Shown here: positions 36,568 to 47,396 of the stretch, piece after piece
Layout: each line of letters starts with the position of its first letter
How positions within the stretch are numbered: position 1 is the stretch's first letter
Source: Gammaproteobacteria bacterium
GTDB taxonomy: Bacteria > Pseudomonadota > Gammaproteobacteria > HK1
Length of the DNA: 64,000 nt
Reading direction: 5' to 3'
Assembly (NCBI GenBank): GCA_021773795.1
Contig: JAJFJT010000004.1
Location: forward strand, 17,204-81,203
Translations under genes and position numbers: made by a program
Notes under the pieces: generated by a model
Told to the model about the DNA's origin: nothing
Seen by the model: the letters and a program-made list of their open reading frames with translations, nothing else
The model's database searches: none

Positions 36568-39357
36568 TTAGTAGTTAGTCCAGTTACCGGGACGGTAGTC
36601 TTTCTCCAGCAGCTTCGCATGGGCCACCGCCAAACGCGCGATCGGCACCCGGGGCGGGGAGCAGGAGACATAGGTCAGCCCGAGATAATGGCAGAAGTGG
36701 ATGGAGGCCGGATGACCGCCATGCTCGCCACAGATCCCGATCTTGAGGTCCTTTTTAACCCCTCGACCACCATCGACGGCAATCTTCATCAGCTTGCCGA
36801 TACCGTTGATGTCCAGCACCTCGAAGGTGTTGTCCTTGAGGATCCCTGCATCCATATACTGGGGCAGGAATTTGTTCTCCGCATCCTCGCGGGAGAAGGA
36901 GAAGGTCGCTTGGGACAAATCGTTGGTACCGAAGGAGAAGAACTCAGCATTCTCGGCCAGACCATCGGCGCGTACACAAGCCCGTACTACTTCGATCATG
37001 CTGCCGAATTTCACCTCGGTCTCAACTCCGTATTCACCTTCCACCTCGGATTTCACCTGCTCGAAGATGCCACGAATGAACTTCAGTTCCTGAGCGGTAC
37101 AAACCTGGGGAATCATCAGTTCCGGCAGGGCTCTGATGCCCTCCTTCACACACTCGGCAGCCGCCTGGAAAACCGCCCGGATCTGCATTTCGTAGATTTC
37201 CGGGAAGGTCACACCCAAACGCACACCGCGATGGCCCAGCATCGGGTTCACTTCCATCAGGTCACGAACCTTGGCGAGCATGACTTCCTTACGCTCGATG
37301 ACGTCTGCAATTACTTCCTCGCGCATGCCGGCAACTGCTTCACTACCAGCACTGCCAGTGGCTTCACCACCCGCAGCCTCATTGGCCTGAAGGGCCAGCT
37401 GCAGGCTGTTGGCACCCTGCACCGTGGTACGCAGGTGACGCAGATAGACCAGATCATCACGTAACTGCTCTTCTGTCGGCAGAAACTCGTGAATCGGCGG
37501 ATCCAGCAAACGGATGGTCACGGGATAAGGCGCCAGGGTCTTGAACAGCACCTTGAAATCCTCACGCTGGAACGGTACCAGCTTGTCCAGCAACTCAACC
37601 CGCTGTGCGGTAGTGTCGGACAGGATCATGTCCACCATGATGGGCAGGCGATCGGTGTCGTTGAACATACGCTCGGTACGGCACAGACCAATACCCTTGG
37701 CGCCATATTCCAGCGCCTTGATGGCGCCATCGGCGGTATCCGCATTGGCCAACACCTTAAGAGTGGCTACCTCATCAGCCCAGGACAACAGGGTCTTGAG
37801 ATCGTCGGAGAAAACCGGCGGCAGTGTGGGCACTTCGCCCAGATACACGTCACCAGTACCACCATCGATAGTGATGACGTCACCCTCAATGATGACGGTA
37901 TCGCCAATCACCGCACGACGCTTGTTCACATCGACGGTGATGCCTTCGGCACCGGCCACACAGGGCTTGCCCATTCCACGGGCAACCACTGCCGCGTGAG
38001 AGGTCTTGCCACCGCGGCTGGTGAGAATACCGGAGGAAGCGAAGAAGCCGTGGATATCTTCTGGCTTGGTCTCTTCCCGCACCAGGATGATGGCTTCGCC
38101 ACCGTCACGGCCACGCTCTTCGGCACGATCGGCGTCGAACACCGCCCGGCCAGAGGCCGCACCCGGAGAGGCTGACAGGCCCTGAGCCACGGGCGTTGCA
38201 TCAGCGTTGGGATCCAAATGGGGATGCAGTAACTGATCAAGAATCTCGGGTTCGATACGTAACAGGGCCTGATTCTTGGTGATAAGCCCCTGTTCTGCCA
38301 TCTCTACCGAGGTTCGCACCATGGCTGCGGCATTCATCTTGCCGTTGCGGGTCTGGAGGCAATAAAGAATGCCTTCCTCAATGGTGTACTCGAAATCCTG
38401 TACCTCATTGTAGTGGCTCTCAAGGCGATCCCGCAGGGCGCTCAATTCCTTGAACAGACCCGGGAATTCCTGCTCCATCTCATCCACGGTCTTGGGGGTG
38501 CGCACACCGGCCACCACATCCTCACCCTGGGCATTGACCAGGTACTCGCCAAACATCTTGTTCTCACCGGTGCCCGGGTCACGGGAAAAGCCCACGCCAG
38601 TAGCACTGGTGTCACCCATATTGCCAAACACCATGGCCTGCACGTTCACTGCGGTGCCATTGGCCATATCCGGGGTGATTTTGAATTCGCGACGATAATC
38701 GACGGCACGACGTCCACCCCAGGAGCCGAATACCGCCTTGATGGCGATCTCCAGCTGCTCGTACACGTCCTCCGGGAAAGGTCGGCCGGTGTACTCCAGC
38801 ACGACGTCGAGGAAGCGTTCACCGGCCTCCTTGAGGTGTGCGGCAGTCAAATCCAGATCTGCGGTAACACCTTCACGTACTTTCAGGGCGTTGAAGTGCT
38901 CGTCAAAATGCTCGTCGTCAACACCGAGAGCAACCTTGCCAAAGAGCTGGATGAAACGGCGATAGGCGTCATAGCCCGCGCGCTCGTTCTTCGTCTGGGC
39001 GATAAAGCCCGCGAGGGTCCCGGCATTGAGGCCGAGATTAAGAATGGTGTCCATCATCCCCGGCATGGAGATAGCGGAACCAGAGCGCACGGAAACCAGC
39101 AATGGATTCTTGGCATCACCAAAACCACGACCGCTCTTCTTCTCGATGTAGGTGATGCTTTTGCGAACCTCATCCATGAGCCCTTTGGGGAAGCTCTTGT
39201 CAGCATCGAGATAGCTCAGGCAGGCCTCGGTGCTCACCACAAAGCCTGGCGGTACATTCAGGCCTATCTGTGTCATCTCGCTAAGGTTGGCGCCCTTGCC
39301 GCCCAGCAGAGCCCTGTTCTGGCCATCCCCTTCATCGAACGTGTAACAAAATTTCAT
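36568..39357 (-). CDS. ppdK: pyruvate, phosphate dikinase (929 aa)
   Basis: GGKGANLSEM ATP-grasp start, phospho-His loop GGKTSHAAVVARG, C-terminal FFSFGTNDLSQ. Confidence 0.92.
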   Translation of the reverse strand: MKFCYTFDEGDGQNRALLGGKGANLSEMTQIGLNVPPGFVVSTEACLSYLDADKSFPKGLMDEVRKSITYIEKKSGRGFGDAKNPLLVSVRSGSAISMPGMMDTILNLGLNAGTLAGFIAQTKNERAGYDAYRRFIQLFGKVALGVDDEHFDEHFNALKVREGVTADLDLTAAHLKEAGERFLDVVLEYTGRPFPEDVYEQLEIAIKAVFGSWGGRRAVDYRREFKITPDMANGTAVNVQAMVFGNMGDTSATGVGFSRDPGTGENKMFGEYLVNAQGEDVVAGVRTPKTVDEMEQEFPGLFKELSALRDRLESHYNEVQDFEYTIEEGILYCLQTRNGKMNAAAMVRTSVEMAEQGLITKNQALLRIEPEILDQLLHPHLDPNADATPVAQGLSASPGAASGRAVFDADRAEERGRDGGEAIILVREETKPEDIHGFFASSGILTSRGGKTSHAAVVARGMGKPCVAGAEGITVDVNKRRAVIGDTVIIEGDVITIDGGTGDVYLGEVPTLPPVFSDDLKTLLSWADEVATLKVLANADTADGAIKALEYGAKGIGLCRTERMFNDTDRLPIMVDMILSDTTAQRVELLDKLVPFQREDFKVLFKTLAPYPVTIRLLDPPIHEFLPTEEQLRDDLVYLRHLRTTVQGANSLQLALQANEAAGGEATGSAGSEAVAGMREEVIADVIERKEVMLAKVRDLMEVNPMLGHRGVRLGVTFPEIYEMQIRAVFQAAAECVKEGIRALPELMIPQVCTAQELKFIRGIFEQVKSEVEGEYGVETEVKFGSMIEVVRACVRADGLAENAEFFSFGTNDLSQATFSFSREDAENKFLPQYMDAGILKDNTFEVLDINGIGKLMKIAVDGGRGVKKDLKIGICGEHGGHPASIHFCHYLGLTYVSCSPPRVPIARLAVAHAKLLEKDYRPGNWTNY

Positions 39358-39575
39358 AAGCCTGATTTCCTGATTGTGGTTAGGTGCGGAAAGGCCCTGG
39401 TGACGAAGCCACTGGTTCCCCTCCGACGAAATTTACCGCCCGAAACTCCGGCGGAAAACGCGGCCCACGGGGGGCCAAAAAAAGAGCGGAATGTTAGCGG
39501 ATTTGCCGGTTTTCTGCAAGCATGGCTATCAGGTTCCACCTTCTTTCGGCAGGACTAAAATCTTGCGACGACGCT

Positions 39576-39602
39576 TAAAGTTTGCTCCATAACGACCGCT
39601 AT
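39576..39602 (+). promoter_or_regulatory. sigma28 (FliA)-like promoter upstream of MCP 1
   Basis: TAAAGTTT-N11-ACCGCTAT compared with the TAAAGTTT-N11-GCCGATAA consensus. The -35 element is exact; the -10 matches 5 of 8. Confidence 0.45.
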
Positions 39603-39696
39603 AAAAGCACGTGAGCAGAAAATCAGGCCATCGCCCAAGGGACCAGGCGCAACGCACTGCCACAAGATGCATTACACCAAGCCCACGGAGACCCCC

Positions 39697-41739
39697 ATGA
39701 ATGCCCTGCTTTTACCCGCGCTTCGGTTGATGAACCAGCTTAGCTACTCACGCAAAATGCTGCTCATTTCCATTGTCTTCATTGCCCCCCTGGTGCTGGT
39801 AATCTCACTGCTCATTAGCGACCTCAATCGTCAGATAGCGGCTACCAAGGCGGAGAGCCAGGGCCTGAAATACATTGTGGCACTCACTCCGCTGCTAAAA
39901 CATGTTCCCCAACACCGTGGCATAACCGCCACCTATCTCGGGGGTGACAAGAGCTTCCTGGGCAAGCTCCAGGCCAAGCGTAACGCCATCAGCACCGACA
40001 TCCAGGCTATTGACACAATCAACCGTAAGTTTGGCTCCGCCTTCAAGGCCGCGGCTCACTGGAACCGCATCAAACTGTCATGGAAGGCCCTCGCAAGCGG
40101 ACAACACGCAAATGAGGACCCGGCGAACATTTTCCAGTGGCATAGCGCCCTCATTGCAGATGTCATCGGGCTCATACAACGGGTGGCCGACAAATCCAAT
40201 CTCACCCTGGACCCGGAGTTGGACAGCTCTTATCTCATGGACACCATCATCACCAAGCTGCCATCAACCATTGAGGCACTGGCTCAACTGCGCGGCCTTG
40301 CCAGCAGTCTGCTGGCCAGCAAACTGGTTACCGCGGATGATAAACAAAAGCTGCTGGCTCTGGCCGCCAGCACCACCATCAAGCGAGACACATTAACGAC
40401 CGGACTGGAAAGTGCTTTTGAGGCCAATGCCGGACTTCGCTCACAGCTCTCGAAAGAGCTGGCGCAGTTTGGTGCGACCCAGCAAGCACTTATCGACGCT
40501 GTGAGCACCAACATTCTCAATACTGAAAACATCTACGAAGTGGAGATGGAACCCACTGAGCTCTTTGCTATCGGCAGCAAGGCGGTCAACGCCGGCTTCG
40601 GACTCATGGAAGTGACTGGAATCGAGTTGGAAAAACTCCTCGCGCAACGCGTTGGAGAAAAACAGGGGGAACTTAATCTGGCGGCAACTGGCAGCCTAGT
40701 TGCCCTGGTCATTGCCATCTATTTGCTCATTGCCTTCTACCGTTCGGTGAGCAACACCATTACTAGCCTGCAACAGGCATCGAACAGACTGGCCAATAGT
40801 GACCTCACGGTGGATTTCCCTTGTGACAGCCAGGATGAACTGGGCAATGTCGCTGCTGCCTTCAACACCGTGACCCAAAACTTTCACGCCCTGATCGGGC
40901 AGATCGGCCAATCCACCACACAACTGGCTAGCGCCTCCGCGCAGCTCCAGTCATCCACAGCACAAGCTCGGGACGGCGCAGAACAACAGCGTGGGCAAAC
41001 CGAACAAATCGCCAACGTCATGAATGAAATGTCCTCGGCGGTACGCGATGTGGCACATAGCACTCAAGAGGCGGAGCAAGCGGCTAACCAGGCTCATGAG
41101 GAAACCAGTAACGGCCAACAAGTGGTCGGTCACACCATTAACACCATAGACAAGCTGGCCGATGAAGTAGAAAAAGCCGCCGGGGTTATTAAAGACCTGG
41201 AAACCGATAGCGACAAAATCGGTTCAGTGGTAGATGTGATTCGAGGTATTGCGGCACAGACCAATTTACTGGCCCTCAATGCCGCCATCGAAGCTGCTCG
41301 TGCAGGGGAACAAGGGCGAGGTTTTGCCGTGGTTGCCGACGAGGTACGTACCCTGGCAAGCCGCACCCAGTCGTCCACTGAAGAGATTCAGAGCATGATT
41401 CAGCGCCTGCAAACGGGTATTAGTGAAGCGGTCAAGGTTATGGAAGAGAGCCGGAGTGGAGCCCAGGACAGCGTTGAACAGGCAGCCAGGGCGGGCGAAT
41501 CCCTTAGCTCCATCTCCAGTGTCGTTGCCACCATCACCGATATGAACGCCCAGATTGCCAGTGCCTCAGAGGAGCAGAGCGTGGTGGCCGAGGATATCAA
41601 CACCAACCTGTCGTCCATCCGTGAGGTGGCCGACACCGCCGCCTCCGGAGCCCGGCAATCAGCACAAAGCAGTCAGGATCTATCAACCATAGCCGATGAA
41701 CTGCAGCAGCTGGTGGGACGCTTTAAACTTCATTCCTGA
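39697..41739 (+). CDS. methyl-accepting chemotaxis protein with NIT-like periplasmic sensor
   Basis: ATG after GGAGA. N-terminal TM. A sensor motif [19 protein letters not shown] resembles the NIT domain (ERG.s..yl). HAMP and a highly conserved MCP signalling domain follow. Confidence 0.85.
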   Translation: MNALLLPALRLMNQLSYSRKMLLISIVFIAPLVLVISLLISDLNRQIAATKAESQGLKYIVALTPLLKHVPQHRGITATYLGGDKSFLGKLQAKRNAISTDIQAIDTINRKFGSAFKAAAHWNRIKLSWKALASGQHANEDPANIFQWHSALIADVIGLIQRVADKSNLTLDPELDSSYLMDTIITKLPSTIEALAQLRGLASSLLASKLVTADDKQKLLALAASTTIKRDTLTTGLESAFEANAGLRSQLSKELAQFGATQQALIDAVSTNILNTENIYEVEMEPTELFAIGSKAVNAGFGLMEVTGIELEKLLAQRVGEKQGELNLAATGSLVALVIAIYLLIAFYRSVSNTITSLQQASNRLANSDLTVDFPCDSQDELGNVAAAFNTVTQNFHALIGQIGQSTTQLASASAQLQSSTAQARDGAEQQRGQTEQIANVMNEMSSAVRDVAHSTQEAEQAANQAHEETSNGQQVVGHTINTIDKLADEVEKAAGVIKDLETDSDKIGSVVDVIRGIAAQTNLLALNAAIEAARAGEQGRGFAVVADEVRTLASRTQSSTEEIQSMIQRLQTGISEAVKVMEESRSGAQDSVEQAARAGESLSSISSVVATITDMNAQIASASEEQSVVAEDINTNLSSIREVADTAASGARQSAQSSQDLSTIADELQQLVGRFKLHS

Positions 41740-41958
41740 AAAACGACTGGGAGTCTGTGGGATTTAGGCGCTCGTGCTATTTCGTGCATCCCTGCACAAA
41801 ATGGCCTTCTGTCGCAAAGTACATCCCCGCGGGAGCTCCCCCAGCAGAAATTAATGAAGCGAGGTGTTGCGTACCCCTCTTAAGCCCATTGGCAACATCA
41901 CTCGTCTGCATCTATCAAGTAGCTTCTTGGCACCACCACAAGCTATTCGATTAAGCGA

Positions 41959-41985
41959 TTAAAGATATTTCCATTTCGACCGATA
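41959..41985 (+). promoter_or_regulatory. sigma28 (FliA)-like promoter upstream of MCP 2
   Basis: TAAAGATA-N11-ACCGATAC. Same spacing as the promoter upstream of MCP 1. The -10 matches 6 of 8. Confidence 0.45.
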
Positions 41986-42069
41986 CTTCACGCGGGAGTA
42001 TGCGATGGAATAAACCGTACTACCCGGAGCAAAGAAACATCGCCTCAGCGCTTGTTTGGAGTTAGCCAA

Positions 42070-44103
42070 ATGAATTCATTCGTTGCACCCGCCATGCACC
42101 TCATGGATCGACTGAGTTATTCGTACAAGATGACCTTGGTCTCGGTCATCTTCATCCTGCCTCTAGTCCTGGTGATGAGCCTGCTTATCAGCGATGTCAG
42201 CGATCAACGAGCGACGGCCGAGCGTGAGCAAATGGGGCTTGAATATATTCAAGCGCTAAAACCCCTGCTGCAACATGTGCCCGAACATCATGGCCTGTCG
42301 GTAGGATTTCTTGAGGGGGCCAAGTCCTTTCAGTCCAGGCTCACTACCAAGCAGGCCACTATTGCCAAAGATATTCGGGCCATAGAGCAATTGAACTTAG
42401 CCCTCGCCGGCCCGCTGGCGTTAGATGCAAAGTGGGAGGAAGTCAAAAACAGCTGGAGCCAATTGGCCGGTAGCCACCTCCAACTAAAGACAGAGGGCAG
42501 CCTGCAAGCCCATAGTAAACTCATCACATCAATCATTGCCCTGGTCCAGCAAACTGCCGATAACTCTACCCTCATGCTCGACTCGGAGCTGGACAGCTTT
42601 TATCTCATGGACACCGTGGTCACCAAGCTGCCGGCCACAACTGAAAGCCTGGGCTTCCTGCGCGCAAAGGCCACTGGTCTGGTAAGCAGCCGCTGGATCA
42701 CCCAGGAAGACAAGCAGGCCGTCCAGATTATCTCTGGACAAATTCAGACTGGCCTGCAACGCACCCAGCAGTCATTGGATGCCATCACGCAGGCTAACCC
42801 GGTACTCAAGGAGCGCCTCGCCCCTTTGCTTGTGGAATTTGACGATCATACTCAGCATTTTCTTGCTCTGGTGCAAAAAAATATTATTAACATCGAGGGC
42901 ATGACCGAGATCAATGTTGGTGGGCCAGCGATGTTCGCCACCGCCAGCAAGGCAGTGGACGCGGGCTTTGCACTGTTTGACGGTGCCGCTGTCGAGCTGA
43001 ATGTGCTTCTTGCTCAACGCACCAGCCGCCTCGGCAACAAACTTACCCTGGTTGCCGGGGCCTGCCTTGGCGCCCTCGCCCTCGCCCTTTATCTTTTTAT
43101 CGGCTTTTACAATTCGGTAATTCGAGCCATTGGCCGATTACAATGGGGAGCGAAGCAACTATCCAGTGGCAACTTGGCCATGACGGTACGGTGCTCCAGC
43201 CAGGATGAGCTGGGCGAAGTTGCCCAGGCCTTTAATACCATTGCCACTAGTCTGCGACAGATGGTTGGCGGCATTGGCCAATCCACCACCCAGCTGGCCA
43301 GTGCCGCCACACAACTGCGTGATTCTACCGGACAGGCACTGGATGGTGCCGAACAGCAACGCGGCCAAACCGAACAAATCGCCAATGTCATGAACGAAAT
43401 GTCCTCGGCGGTACGCGATGTCGCCCACAGCACCCAGGAAGCAGAACAGGCGGCCAACCAGGCCAAGGATGATGCCGATAATGGCCAACAGGTGGTTGGC
43501 CAGGCCATTGATACCATAGACCGACTGGCTGCCGAGGTGGAAAAGGCCTCTGGTGTTATCAAGGAGTTGGAGACCGACAGCGACAAGATTGGCTCTGTAG
43601 TGGATGTCATCCGTGGCATCGCGGAACAAACCAATTTGCTGGCGCTGAATGCCGCTATCGAGGCTGCACGTGCAGGCGAACAGGGTCGGGGCTTTGCTGT
43701 GGTAGCCGACGAGGTACGCACGCTGGCGAGCCGCACCCAGCAATCCACCGAAGAAATTCAGAATATGATCCAGCGCCTGCAAACCGGCATCAGTGAAGCG
43801 GTCAAGGTCATGGGGGAGAGTCAGCGAGGCACCCAAGACAGTGTGGAACAGGCAGCCAAGGCCGGTGAATCACTCACTGCCATCGGCAATGCAGTCCATA
43901 CCATTACCGACATGAATGCCCAGATCGCCAGTGCCTCAGAGGAACAAAGCGTGGTGGCTGAGGACATCAACTCTAATTTATCTTCCATCCGTGAGGTAGC
44001 TGACTCCGCCGCCTCCGGAGCCCAGCAATCGGCTCAGAGCAGCCAGGAATTAGCCTCGGTAGCGGGAGAACTCCAGCAGCTGGTAGGTCGCTTCCAGCTC
44101 TGA
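42070..44103 (+). CDS. methyl-accepting chemotaxis protein, paralogue of MCP 1
   Basis: Same architecture as MCP 1. The signalling hairpin is identical at protein level over long stretches ([39 protein letters not shown]) but carries synonymous DNA differences. Confidence 0.85.
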   Translation: MNSFVAPAMHLMDRLSYSYKMTLVSVIFILPLVLVMSLLISDVSDQRATAEREQMGLEYIQALKPLLQHVPEHHGLSVGFLEGAKSFQSRLTTKQATIAKDIRAIEQLNLALAGPLALDAKWEEVKNSWSQLAGSHLQLKTEGSLQAHSKLITSIIALVQQTADNSTLMLDSELDSFYLMDTVVTKLPATTESLGFLRAKATGLVSSRWITQEDKQAVQIISGQIQTGLQRTQQSLDAITQANPVLKERLAPLLVEFDDHTQHFLALVQKNIINIEGMTEINVGGPAMFATASKAVDAGFALFDGAAVELNVLLAQRTSRLGNKLTLVAGACLGALALALYLFIGFYNSVIRAIGRLQWGAKQLSSGNLAMTVRCSSQDELGEVAQAFNTIATSLRQMVGGIGQSTTQLASAATQLRDSTGQALDGAEQQRGQTEQIANVMNEMSSAVRDVAHSTQEAEQAANQAKDDADNGQQVVGQAIDTIDRLAAEVEKASGVIKELETDSDKIGSVVDVIRGIAEQTNLLALNAAIEAARAGEQGRGFAVVADEVRTLASRTQQSTEEIQNMIQRLQTGISEAVKVMGESQRGTQDSVEQAAKAGESLTAIGNAVHTITDMNAQIASASEEQSVVAEDINSNLSSIREVADSAASGAQQSAQSSQELASVAGELQQLVGRFQL

Positions 44104-44133
44104 TTCTGGTCGTTCATTGGACAGCATCGCCTG

Positions 44134-47100
44134 TCAATGAAAATCCCGGGAACGGGTTTCCAGTTGTCCCAGCAGGGCATCGTGGTTGGCCAGCCCGCTG
44201 GCTAACACGTGAATAACCCGCCCCTCGCGGGCGATCTTTCCCCTAATTTCCAGTAACCGCCCACCCAGCACTAGACTGCGCTCACGCTCCACCAGTTGCG
44301 GGCGTAACACCACATTCACATGTCCGGTTTCATCCTCCAGTGTCATGAAGACCGTTCCGGCCGCAGTGGAGGGCCGCTGCCGGTTGATCACCAGACCCAC
44401 CACTCGTATCCGTTGTCCATGACGACTCTTGTCTATACGAGCTGCGTTATATACATCCCGATGGAAATGCCCACGCAATAACGCCAGCGGATGCCGCCCC
44501 AGGGAAAACCCCAGGTTGGCGTAATCCATCACCAGATCCGCACCCTCGGTAGGTACCGGTAACAGTGGCGAGGCCTCGGCAAAGGCACTGTGCCGCAACA
44601 ATGGTGGCATCGCATCCGTACCCAGCACAGCCCACTGCGCCTGATGGCGATTCCCAGCGAGTCCGGCCAGTGCACCGACCGCAGCTAGGCATTGCAGTTT
44701 CTTGCGTGGCAATCCGCTTTGCCGGGCCAATACCTCCACGGATCTCCAGGATGCTGCCGGACCCCGACTATTTATCAACCGATCTGCACTACTTCGGGAA
44801 AATCCCTTGACCATACAAAGCCCCAGGCGCAGGGCGGGCCCTCCCTTATCCGCCGCCCGTATCAGCGTGCAGTCCCAATCGCTGTAACGCACATCTACTG
44901 CAAGTACGGCCACCCCATGAGTGCGAAGGTCCTGAATAATCTGTGCCGGGGCATAAAAACCCATGGGCTGGCTGTTTAATAAAGCACAGGTAAAAGCCGC
45001 CGGATGGTGGCATTTTAGCCAGGCCGACACATAAACCAGCAGGGCAAAACTGGCGGCATGGGACTCGGGAAAACCGTATTCCCCAAAACCCTGGATCTGC
45101 TGAAAAACACGCTGAGAAAACTCCGCGGAATATCCCCGGGCACGCATGCCCTCTATCAAACGGGCCTCGAAGGGCCCCAATCCACCCTTGCGGCGCCAGG
45201 CCGCCATGGCACGGCGCAACTGATCCGCCTCCCCCGGACTGAAACCCGCGGCCACCACCGCAAGTTGCATCACCTGTTCCTGAAAAATTGGAATGCCCAG
45301 AGTTCGCTCCAGCACCTTGCGTACCGCTGGCGAGGGATAATCTATCGCCTCCTTACCCTGTCGACGGCGTAGATAGGGATGCACCATCCCGCCCTGAATG
45401 GGACCGGGACGCACAATGGCGATCTCAATGACAAGATCATAAAAACAGCGGGGCAGCAGGCGCGGCAGCATGGCCATTTGTGCCCGTGATTCGATCTGAA
45501 AAACTCCAAGGGTATCGGCGCGACAAATCATCCGGTACACCGCCGGATCCTCTGCTGGAATATCCACCAGATCCATTGGCTGGCTGCGAGCATGGCTCAC
45601 AAGTTTGAGCGCGCGGCGAATGACACTCAGCATGCCAAGCCCCAGCACATCTACCTTGAGTAGACCCAGGGTATCCAGATCATCCTTATCCCACTGGATA
45701 ACGGTGCGATTCGCCATAGCGGCATTCTCAATGGGTACCAGCTGGGACAGCCGATCCCGTGCAATGACGAAGCCACCCACATGCTGCGAGAGATGGCGGG
45801 GAAAGCCGATGAGCTGCTCCACCAGCACCATGAGCTGGTGTATGACCGGATTGTCCGGTTCAAAACCAGCCTCACGCAGGCGCTCCGCGAGCATCTGGCT
45901 GCCATCCCACCAAGCCACCGAGGCAGCAAGGCGTTCTAACTGAGCACCATCCAACCCCAGCGCCTTGCCCACATCACGCAATGCACTACGGGGACGATAG
46001 CTGATCACAGTAGCGGTCAGCGCGGCCCGATGGCGACCATATTTCTGATAGATATACTGGATTACCTCCTCGCGCCGCTCATGCTCAAAATCCACATCAA
46101 TATCCGGTGGCTCATCACGCTCACGGGAGATGAAGCGCTCGAACAGCATTTCCATGCGGGCCGGGTCCACCGCGGTGATTCCAAGGCAATAACACACCGC
46201 AGAATTAGCCGCGGAGCCCCGCCCCTGGCACAAGATGCCGCGACGGTGAGCAAAGCACACGAGATCATGAACGGTAAGGAAATAAGGCTCATAACCAAGC
46301 TCTGAAATAAGTTCGAGCTCCCGCGCCACCAGCTTGCGTACCCGCTCTGGCGCGCCGGCGGGCCAGCGCCGTTTCATCCCGGCACGGGTTAATGCTCTCA
46401 GGTGACTCGCTGGCGTTTTTCCCGATGGCACCAGCTCTTCCGGATATTCATAACGCAGCTCATCCAGGGAGAAATCACAACGCTCTGCCACTGCAACGCT
46501 TGCTTCCAGAAGTTCCTGCGGATAGAACTGCGCCAGCTGTTGGCGACCGCGCAAATGGCGTTCGCCGTTGGCATGCAAGGCGTCCCCGGCCCCGGATACC
46601 GGGCAACCCAGACGAATGGCAGTGAGGGTATCCTGCAGTGGGCGTCGGGCAGGGCTGTGCATGTGAATATCGCCCGCCGCCACCAGCGGTAATTTGGTCC
46701 GTTGGCCCAGTTCCCGCAATCGGGCAAGTCGCACTTTGTCCTGGCCGTCCTGGAGCAATTCCACCGCCAACCACAAGCGTTTGGGAAAACACCTTGCCGC
46801 CCAGCGCAACTGTCGATACGCCGTACTTTCCCCGTGTAACAGCAACGCAAGGCAATCAGGAAGCCCACCCTCAAGATCGGCACAGCTCAGGCGATAGGCA
46901 CCCTTTCCTGCCGCCCACCGTCCCCGGCTAATGAGCTCGGAAAGTGCTCCATAGCCATTCCGGCTGCTCGCCAGCAGGACCAGCTGGGGGCCATCCACGA
47001 GATGTAACTCGGTGCCGATAATCAACTTGAACGCATGCTCCTTTGCCGCTACATGGGCTCGCACCACGCCAGCGAAGGAGCATTCATCAGTCAGTGCCAA

Positions 47101-47259
47101 AGCCGTGTAACCCAGCTCTGCGGCCCGTGCGACCAGTTCCTCGGGATGGGAAGCACCGCGGAGAAAACTGAAATTGCTGATGCCGTGCAGCTCTGCGTAG
47201 GCAGGTGTGCCACTTCCCCGGACCGACACCTCCCGCGAATGCGCCTGTATACTGTTCAT
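44134..47259 (-). CDS. dnaE2: error-prone DNA polymerase III alpha-like subunit DnaE2/ImuC (1041 aa)
   Basis: PHP-domain start YAELHGISNFSFLRGAS. Size and sequence class of DnaE2. C-terminal OB fold region. Confidence 0.88.
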   Translation of the reverse strand: MNSIQAHSREVSVRGSGTPAYAELHGISNFSFLRGASHPEELVARAAELGYTALALTDECSFAGVVRAHVAAKEHAFKLIIGTELHLVDGPQLVLLASSRNGYGALSELISRGRWAAGKGAYRLSCADLEGGLPDCLALLLHGESTAYRQLRWAARCFPKRLWLAVELLQDGQDKVRLARLRELGQRTKLPLVAAGDIHMHSPARRPLQDTLTAIRLGCPVSGAGDALHANGERHLRGRQQLAQFYPQELLEASVAVAERCDFSLDELRYEYPEELVPSGKTPASHLRALTRAGMKRRWPAGAPERVRKLVARELELISELGYEPYFLTVHDLVCFAHRRGILCQGRGSAANSAVCYCLGITAVDPARMEMLFERFISRERDEPPDIDVDFEHERREEVIQYIYQKYGRHRAALTATVISYRPRSALRDVGKALGLDGAQLERLAASVAWWDGSQMLAERLREAGFEPDNPVIHQLMVLVEQLIGFPRHLSQHVGGFVIARDRLSQLVPIENAAMANRTVIQWDKDDLDTLGLLKVDVLGLGMLSVIRRALKLVSHARSQPMDLVDIPAEDPAVYRMICRADTLGVFQIESRAQMAMLPRLLPRCFYDLVIEIAIVRPGPIQGGMVHPYLRRRQGKEAIDYPSPAVRKVLERTLGIPIFQEQVMQLAVVAAGFSPGEADQLRRAMAAWRRKGGLGPFEARLIEGMRARGYSAEFSQRVFQQIQGFGEYGFPESHAASFALLVYVSAWLKCHHPAAFTCALLNSQPMGFYAPAQIIQDLRTHGVAVLAVDVRYSDWDCTLIRAADKGGPALRLGLCMVKGFSRSSADRLINSRGPAASWRSVEVLARQSGLPRKKLQCLAAVGALAGLAGNRHQAQWAVLGTDAMPPLLRHSAFAEASPLLPVPTEGADLVMDYANLGFSLGRHPLALLRGHFHRDVYNAARIDKSRHGQRIRVVGLVINRQRPSTAAGTVFMTLEDETGHVNVVLRPQLVERERSLVLGGRLLEIRGKIAREGRVIHVLASGLANHDALLGQLETRSRDFH

Positions 47260-47269
47260 TTAAACAGTA
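47250..47269 (-). promoter_or_regulatory. LexA (SOS) box overlapping the dnaE2 start codon
   Basis: TACTGT-TCATTTAA-ACAGTA is a perfect CTGT-N8-ACAG palindrome, with arms extendable to TATACTGT/ACAGTATA. The ATG complement at 47257-47259 lies inside the spacer. Confidence 0.7.
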
Positions 47270-47396
47270 TACCTGAACCGCAGAAGAGCTGGAGAGTTGT
47301 CTACCTTGGAAAACGCGACAACAGGGGGGGAATGTAAATAGCCTGATTCCGACCGGAACCAGGCGCTGGGAAGGACCCGGGAAAATGCATACTCGC

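Noticed and set aside
33463-39558. Long antisense ORFs within the oxoprolinase and ppdK genes (33463-34197, 35443-36378, 36523-37464, 37489-38175, 38413-39558).
   Set aside because: Same reasoning. They lie opposite strongly recognisable genes and have no motifs or start signals.
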